The notes under the pieces are model-generated. The model was not told the DNA's origin. It was given only the letters and a program-made list of their open reading frames with translations, and did no database searches. Both the position numbers and the translations under genes were made by a program. From positions 73,460 to 137,459 of the forward strand of contig JAURCP010000003.1 of NCBI GenBank assembly GCA_030828405.1: a stretch of 64,000 bases of DNA. Direction: 5' to 3'. This DNA comes from Thermoplasmatota archaeon. Its GTDB lineage: Archaea > Thermoplasmatota > Poseidoniia > Poseidoniales > Thalassarchaeaceae. Positions 58,569 to 64,000 of the stretch are shown one piece after another; positions within the stretch are counted from its first letter, which is position 1; the number at the start of each line of letters is the position of its first letter.

Positions 58569-59534
58569 TCATATCTCAGCAGATTCGGCGAAACCAGCAG
58601 CAATTAATGTGTCCGCCATTAGGGAAGAAAAGTTTGCAACTTCGCCCGCAGTTAGTTGAATTTCTGTTCCATCTTCATCTATGATTGGGTCTACAAGGTC
58701 TTGTAACATCCTAATTCTTTTCATATCGGAAAGATTACCAATAGGGTTGGGTGATTCTATAGAAGTTGCTGACATTGCCCCAGTGGCTCTTTCAGGGAAT
58801 TCATCCATCTGTCTTATTCTATCTTCCTCGTCTAATTCAGGCTCATTCCACATTTCTTGTGGTGGAGAAGGCGCAGAAATTTTTTGTTCTGACTCATCTT
58901 CTTCTGACTCATTGAATTCGGTTAAGGCCGCATTCCCTCCAAGACTGGATTTATTGATAGTTTCAGGTTTCCCTCCATGAAGCATACCGTCCCAAGACAC
59001 ATCCTTCTTGTATCTCTCTACTAATCTTTCAACACCGGTATAATAAATTCTTTCTGAAGGATCGTGTCTTTGCCAATTTAATGGTGGTAATGCACTCTCG
59101 TTTTGCCTTCCGTTAGGTGTTTTTATCAGATTACTCAATATAGCATGTTGAGCAAATGCATTCATTCTCAATCTTGTCAGATCCGACACAGAGGTTCTAG
59201 CAACACCTAGTCTACGAGATTGAAGTTGAGTTTTGGCATTCATTCCTTCGTCCCTTATTGTCTCAGCCAACTCATTTTCTAAATTGGTTAATAGTTGACG
59301 AATTGAAGGCCAAAAATTTGGAATTGTAATTTCTTTGGGTACATTTGGACTAGATTTTTGCTGTCTTGTTAATTCAAAAAGTGCCTTTTCGACAACAATT
59401 AGTTGTTGCTTTGTCAATCTTGATGAAGCGACTTCGTCAATCATGTGAGCAACCTGAGTTACGGCAGACAGAGGAAGGCCATGAATGATTCCTTTGTATA
59501 TCTTCTTTCTAGCCTCTTCATCCGTTGAACTCAA
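58569..59534 (-). CDS. Hypothetical protein, possible GINS subunit (Gins51-like) with long acidic insertion
   Basis: TTG start. The C-terminal MKRIRMLQDLVDPIIDEDGTEIQLTAGEVANFSSLMADTLIAAGFAE resembles the GINS B-domain pattern (V..L.D.P.i.G.DG..y.L.kGDV..lP...A..Li..G.A). The helical N-terminal part has DLTRLRMNAFAQHA. By-eye assignment only. Confidence 0.4.
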   Translation of the reverse strand: MSSTDEEARKKIYKGIIHGLPLSAVTQVAHMIDEVASSRLTKQQLIVVEKALFELTRQQKSSPNVPKEITIPNFWPSIRQLLTNLENELAETIRDEGMNAKTQLQSRRLGVARTSVSDLTRLRMNAFAQHAILSNLIKTPNGRQNESALPPLNWQRHDPSERIYYTGVERLVERYKKDVSWDGMLHGGKPETINKSSLGGNAALTEFNESEEDESEQKISAPSPPQEMWNEPELDEEDRIRQMDEFPERATGAMSATSIESPNPIGNLSDMKRIRMLQDLVDPIIDEDGTEIQLTAGEVANFSSLMADTLIAAGFAESAEI

Positions 59535-59558
59535 TAAGAAAAAACCTCTCCGAGGCTC

Positions 59559-59643
59559 GCAGGTGTACCCGAGTGGTCAAAGGGGTCGGGCTCAAGTTCC
59601 GATGCGTAGAGCTTCGCAGGTTCGAATCCTGCCTCCTGCACCA
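59559..59643 (+). tRNA. tRNA-Leu (anticodon CAA), CCA encoded
   Basis: Class II cloverleaf. Acceptor GCAGGTG/CTCCTGC (one U-U mismatch at 6:67), D arm CCC-GAGTGGTCAAA-GGG, anticodon stem TCGGG/TCCGA with loop CTCAAGT, 13-nt variable arm, T arm GCAGG-TTCGAAT-CCTGC, discriminator A then CCA. Confidence 0.85.
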
Positions 59644-59644
59644 T

Positions 59645-60334
59645 CTAACTTCTAGACATAATGAATTGTTCTAAGAATTCTATTGTACCTAGAGTGCCTT
59701 TTGATTTAGTCAAATAATCTGCAGCATCGGCTACTCCTTTGAATTCATCATTTACCGCAACTGCAAATCCACATAACTCAAACATTGGAATATCATTGGA
59801 CGCATCACCGACTGCGATTACTTTCTTTGGATCAATTCCTCTCTGTTCAAAAGCAACTTTGAGCCCACTAGATTTGTTAAGTCCCTTTTCTGTAATATGT
59901 ACTGCAAATCCGGTAGGAACAACTTGTAAATCGGGCCATCTAGAAGTTTTCAATGCATCTCTCATTCTCTGATAGTTTTCTGTATCAAGAAGGCACCATT
60001 CAGTTTCTCTCCAGCGATTAGTTTCAATGCCCTTAGGATCTAATCCATCTATCTGGGTAGATAGCCATTCTGCCGCATCTCTTGCTCTTTTGCCATCCGC
60101 TAAGCATCTTATTGGAAAACCTTCTTTGGTGTCCCAAACCATGCCTCCATTTTCACCTATGACAAAGCCACTGATAGCTAGTACTTGTTGTATCGGAGTA
60201 ACATTAGGCAGAGTTCTTCCCGATGCCAGTGAAACTGTGATACCCATATTTTCTATTTTTCTTATCAGTGGGATTAATTCAGGTTGGAATCCATCATAAT
60301 CAAGCAGTGTCCCATCGATGTCGAAGACAATCAT
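59645..60334 (-). CDS. HAD-superfamily (Cof-type) phosphatase, phosphoglycolate phosphatase-like
   Basis: MIVFDIDGTLLD (motif I), SLASGRT (motif II), VGDASNDIPMF (motif IV). ATG at 60334; the GTG at 60367 is the alternative. Confidence 0.85.
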   Translation of the reverse strand: MIVFDIDGTLLDYDGFQPELIPLIRKIENMGITVSLASGRTLPNVTPIQQVLAISGFVIGENGGMVWDTKEGFPIRCLADGKRARDAAEWLSTQIDGLDPKGIETNRWRETEWCLLDTENYQRMRDALKTSRWPDLQVVPTGFAVHITEKGLNKSSGLKVAFEQRGIDPKKVIAVGDASNDIPMFELCGFAVAVNDEFKGVADAADYLTKSKGTLGTIEFLEQFIMSRS

Positions 60335-60453
60335 TTCCCAATTATCTCCCTCCGGTAACTTACTCACATGCTCGCGTAGTGGTTCTCTCTCATCATCTAA
60401 TCGTTCATACTATATCCAGTCATCTTCAAGGATGACATACTAGTCCCAATACT

Positions 60454-63171
60454 ATGGAGGATGAGGAGTTTCTGATTCTCGATGATGATCAAGAACCTGA
60501 AACCCCTATACCAGAAATTAAATCAGATCAGAAAAAATTAATAAAATCGGGCTCTAAAAATATTATTTCTAGTATTTCAAAAAATGTCGAAAATAAGTTT
60601 TATCAAATTAAGGAATCCAATGAGTTGAAGAAACTTCTTGATGATGGAAAAGAGAATCTGATATCCTTTTCAAGAAGTGGTGACAGTATTTTAGATGCTG
60701 ACTTAGTGATTGATGGCGAATTTGAAATTGAATGGGAAATTGATGGAATGGATTGCGCAGATTGTGCAATGAAGGCAAACCGTGCAGTCAGTAGATTACC
60801 AGGAGTCAATAAGGTCAATGTATCAGTCACAGAAGGAACCGTAAGATTCAATTTAGATCTAGCTAAAGGTCGAATTTCTCGTGTAAATTCGGTTCTAGAA
60901 AGTTTAGGAAACAATCCTAAAATATCTTGGAAAGCAGTATCTGGGCTTACTCCCGGGCGAGTCTCAGGTAATCTTGGAATAGATAGAAATACACTAAAAC
61001 ATGCATTACTTGATATTCCTGGGATTATTAATGTTAGATTTGAAGAAGGAAAAATCGAACTTCAAATGATAGACTTTAATTCTAAGAAATTAAAAGAAAT
61101 ATCAGATGAGAGGATAGGTCAGTTACTTGGTCAAGATTTTAATTTAGAAAAATCAACCAGTTCAAAACTCAGACCAGATCAGATTCAACTTTTATCAGCA
61201 GTTTTTACAATTCCATTATTATTTGGAGTGTTCGCAATAGATAAATTACCTTACATTCCTAATAATGCTGCACTTCTACTTACAGTAATTGGTATTTCAT
61301 TTGCTGGTTTACCAATGTTCAAAGCAGCAGCATCCAGTATCAGAAATAGGGTTCTTGGTTTCCAGGTTCTGACATCATTAGCAGTTATTGGCGCTATGAT
61401 TTTACAAGAATATCCCGAAGCTCTAATTGTAACCGGACTGGTAGCCTTTGCATCCCATCTTGAAGAAAGTGCATTAGTCAAAGCTAGAACTGCTATGCAG
61501 GGAGGATTGGATAGATTACCTAGGCTTGCTAGGCTTTCATCAGCCAATGAAGAAAATTGTTGTGATGATGGTTCATGTGCTTCTGATAATTTGAAAGGTT
61601 CATCTGAAGATGAATGGATTCCAATACAAGCATTAAGTGTAGGTGACATAGTAGAAATTAGGTCTGGCGAGGTAGTACCAGTAGATGGAGTAATTATTGA
61701 AGGGAGTGGAGCAATAGATCGAGCTCCATTAACTGGTGAACCAATACCTGTAGGAGTATCTAAAGGAGACCGTGTCGAAGCCGGACTAGTCTTAGTTCGA
61801 GGTCCTATTATTGTCAACTGCGAGGCTACCGGGGACTCAACCAGATTAGCAAGCCTAATCGATTTAGTTAGAAGTTACAAAGAAATTCCTACTAGAACTC
61901 AAACTACAATTGAACGTTTTACAGCAATCTGGGTTCCATTAGTTTTGGTTGGTTCTCTTGCTTACGGTATATTGACAAAAGATTTCGTTACAACCCTAGT
62001 TCTTTGGGTAGTATCTTGTCCTTGTTCATTACTATTAGCGGCTCCAGTTCCTCATGCAACAGCACTTTCATCCGCTTCAGCTTCAGGTTTAGTTGCAAGA
62101 GGAGGAGATGTTCTTGAATCGGCAGCATCAATAGAACTAGCATTGTTAGATAAAACTGGTACATTGACTACCGGTCGTCCCAAAATAGGAGAGTTTGTTT
62201 GCAGTAATGACCAAGATAAGGACAATATTCTCGCTCTTGTCTCGGCATTAGAAAAGCGTTCCAACCATCCGTATGCTAGAGCTATAATCTCCTTAGCTGA
62301 AGAATCACAAATTAAACCAAAGAGAGTTACTGGAATTACAGATGGAGATGCAGGAGTGTCCGGAAAGTTGAGTGGTAAAGAATTAATCTTTGGAAGAGTA
62401 GATTGGTTACTTTCTCAGGATGTGATGATTACAGAGGAAATTCAAAAAGTATTAGATTCGGCTAGAGATAAAGGCCATGGAGTTAGCGTACTATCTGTTG
62501 AAGGTAAATCAGTTGCTGCATTCACATTTATCCATGATGATGCCAGGGTTGGCGTTACTGAAATGGTTCAAACGTTGCAAAAAGAAGGAATTATCGTAGA
62601 AATTCTTAGTGGAGATGAGCAGTCTTCAGTTGAATCCTTTGCTAAGAAGTTAGGTATAGATCCAAGCATTTGCAGAGGTAATGTCAATCCTGAAGGTAAA
62701 GCACAGTGGGTTGAGGATAGAAGTAAGGCACGCAGTACTCTCATGGCGGGTGATGGATTCAATGATGCAGGTGCTTTAGCAGCAGCCAATATTGGTGTAG
62801 CAGTTGGTAGCGGTGATCAAGTAAATTTAGAGGCAGCAGATGTGCTAATACCAGGAGATGATCCTAGAGCCATAGTTCGATTGATTCAACTTGCCAAGAG
62901 AACAAAGATGATTGTCAATGTAAATATTGCAATATCAGTAATTGTAACTCTAATATTAGTTTTGACAACATTAGCTGGTTTCAACACGAGTATAGCAGCA
63001 GGAATAGCAATACATGAGGCAAGTGTATTCTTGATAATCATTAATGGAATGTTTGTTTCTAGCAATAATACTAGGAGAACGACAGTATTAATCGATCTCA
63101 TGAAAGATTTGGCTATTGATCTCAAGGAAGCATTTATGGCACTTTACAAGACCAATAATACGACCGCTTGA
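60454..63171 (+). CDS. Heavy-metal-translocating P1B-type ATPase
   Basis: HMA domain GMDCADCAMKANRAVSRLPGV, TM CPC (VVSCPCSLLLAAP), DKTGTLT, SNHP, GDGFNDAGALAAANIGVAVG. Metal specificity is unresolved. Confidence 0.93.
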   Translation: MEDEEFLILDDDQEPETPIPEIKSDQKKLIKSGSKNIISSISKNVENKFYQIKESNELKKLLDDGKENLISFSRSGDSILDADLVIDGEFEIEWEIDGMDCADCAMKANRAVSRLPGVNKVNVSVTEGTVRFNLDLAKGRISRVNSVLESLGNNPKISWKAVSGLTPGRVSGNLGIDRNTLKHALLDIPGIINVRFEEGKIELQMIDFNSKKLKEISDERIGQLLGQDFNLEKSTSSKLRPDQIQLLSAVFTIPLLFGVFAIDKLPYIPNNAALLLTVIGISFAGLPMFKAAASSIRNRVLGFQVLTSLAVIGAMILQEYPEALIVTGLVAFASHLEESALVKARTAMQGGLDRLPRLARLSSANEENCCDDGSCASDNLKGSSEDEWIPIQALSVGDIVEIRSGEVVPVDGVIIEGSGAIDRAPLTGEPIPVGVSKGDRVEAGLVLVRGPIIVNCEATGDSTRLASLIDLVRSYKEIPTRTQTTIERFTAIWVPLVLVGSLAYGILTKDFVTTLVLWVVSCPCSLLLAAPVPHATALSSASASGLVARGGDVLESAASIELALLDKTGTLTTGRPKIGEFVCSNDQDKDNILALVSALEKRSNHPYARAIISLAEESQIKPKRVTGITDGDAGVSGKLSGKELIFGRVDWLLSQDVMITEEIQKVLDSARDKGHGVSVLSVEGKSVAAFTFIHDDARVGVTEMVQTLQKEGIIVEILSGDEQSSVESFAKKLGIDPSICRGNVNPEGKAQWVEDRSKARSTLMAGDGFNDAGALAAANIGVAVGSGDQVNLEAADVLIPGDDPRAIVRLIQLAKRTKMIVNVNIAISVIVTLILVLTTLAGFNTSIAAGIAIHEASVFLIIINGMFVSSNNTRRTTVLIDLMKDLAIDLKEAFMALYKTNNTTA

Positions 63172-63196
63172 TAACTAATAAGGGGTAGCGAGGGAT

Positions 63197-63589
63197 ATGT
63201 CCGATTCAGCAGAGGTCGAGTCGAAACACGTAGCTCCTTTAGCAGAATGTGCACATTGTAACCACATGTTACCACCGGGTTTAGGCGAGATTCAGTGTGA
63301 AATTTGTGAAGCAATTTGTCGAGTTTCACATCAGCCTACAGTTGATGCTCTGACTGAAGAGTCAGTCCCTTGTCCTCATTGCAATATGATTCTAGTGGCT
63401 GGAACTGATGAAAGACCGATAGCCCTAACTTGTAGCGGTTGTACTGGTGTTTTTACTTTGACTGCAAAAGTTGTTAAAGTCGAAATAGAATGTCCAGGAT
63501 GTGAAAGAAAATTACGTATCAGACCTCGTCCAGGAACTCGACAACTCGATTGTCCTGCTTGTGATTCCGCATTTAATGTAACATTTTGA
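63197..63589 (+). CDS. Triple zinc-ribbon protein (hypothetical)
   Basis: 130-aa ORF with six CxxC pairs forming three C4 units: CAHC..CEIC, CPHC..CSGC, CPGC..CPAC. Confidence 0.6.
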   Translation: MSDSAEVESKHVAPLAECAHCNHMLPPGLGEIQCEICEAICRVSHQPTVDALTEESVPCPHCNMILVAGTDERPIALTCSGCTGVFTLTAKVVKVEIECPGCERKLRIRPRPGTRQLDCPACDSAFNVTF

Positions 63590-63708
63590 ATTAGTATATT
63601 CAACTCTGTATATTCCTCTAACCCTAACAAAACAGGGATTATCGTGAGAATTACGACCATCGCTATCATATAGTCAAGAAATACCGTAATGATGGGGATG
63701 GGTACCCA

Positions 63709-64000
63709 TGAGTGAAAGCAAGTCGCCAAAAGGAAATGATACCGAAGGTATCGATGATCTTTCGAGCCTTCGCGCTCAGCATGTTCTCTCTGCATCTTCT
63801 ACCATGGATTCAGTTGCAAGAGCTAGAGATAGATTAGATGAAGAATCAAAATTAAGATCCAGTATTCGTAGAGAACGGAGAATGCGTATTGCAGAGATGA
63901 CTGAAAGAGTTTCAGGAATGCATGGTGCAATTAGAAAAGCCAATGAAATTTTATTCGAAGAACAACTTCAAAATATCGAAGCAGACCTAAGAGCAAGTCT
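63709..64000 (+). CDS. Hypothetical coiled-coil protein, 5' fragment (runs off the window)
   Basis: My own translation from the ATG at 63709: MSESKSPKGNDTEGIDDLSSLRAQHVLS...RRERRMRIAEMTERVSGMHGAIRKANEILFEEQLQNIEADLRAS. No stop before 64000. It is absent from the ORF track, presumably because it is open-ended. Confidence 0.45.

Noticed and set aside
63376-63795. 139-aa minus-strand ORF
   Set aside because: It overlaps the 3' half of the triple zinc-ribbon gene and the start of the open-ended plus-strand ORF at 63709. Its sequence has no features, and the plus-strand genes explain the region.

Overview
This is an AT-rich, very gene-dense chromosomal fragment, with many zero-length or overlapping gene junctions. 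It is clearly archaeal. Informational genes: ribosomal proteins in archaeal order (S13-S4-S11, EF-1alpha-S10, S8e), SRP19, Sec61beta, FEN-1, family-B DNA polymerase, a GINS-like protein, THUMP and NOL1/NOP2/Sun RNA methyltransferases, and an Lrp/AsnC regulator. There are three tRNAs (Arg-TCG, Ser-TGA, Leu-CAA), all with encoded CCA. Aerobic-heterotroph functions: a complete A-type cytochrome c oxidase operon (coxII-coxI-coxIII-subunit IV-like), ATP-type PEP carboxykinase, MaeB-type malic enzyme, RibD, PabC plus a PabB-PabA fusion, IlvE, aminopeptidase C, an IYD-like nitroreductase, RimK and a P1B metal ATPase. Surface and envelope genes: a 2860-aa beta-propeller/FN3-like giant protein, a ~1250-aa protein that is almost entirely transmembrane, a TSP3-repeat protein with a (Gly-Gln)n coding microsatellite, a PKD lipoprotein and a PGF-CTERM protein. 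The content fits a planktonic marine euryarchaeote (MG-II/Poseidoniales-like), but that is inference only. I saw no rRNA, CRISPR array, transposase or prophage. The most interesting locus is a same-strand three-gene module at 42.8-47.1 kb. It encodes a membrane protein with a cytoplasmic SAP/HeH DNA-binding motif, then a Soj-like ParA, then (translationally coupled) a 10-TM EamA transporter whose extreme N-terminus is a ParB-type GLGRGLE ParA-activation peptide. There is no ParB DNA-binding domain. This looks like an undescribed membrane-embedded ParA partner system. All calls come from reading the sequence and the ORF translations; no searches were run.
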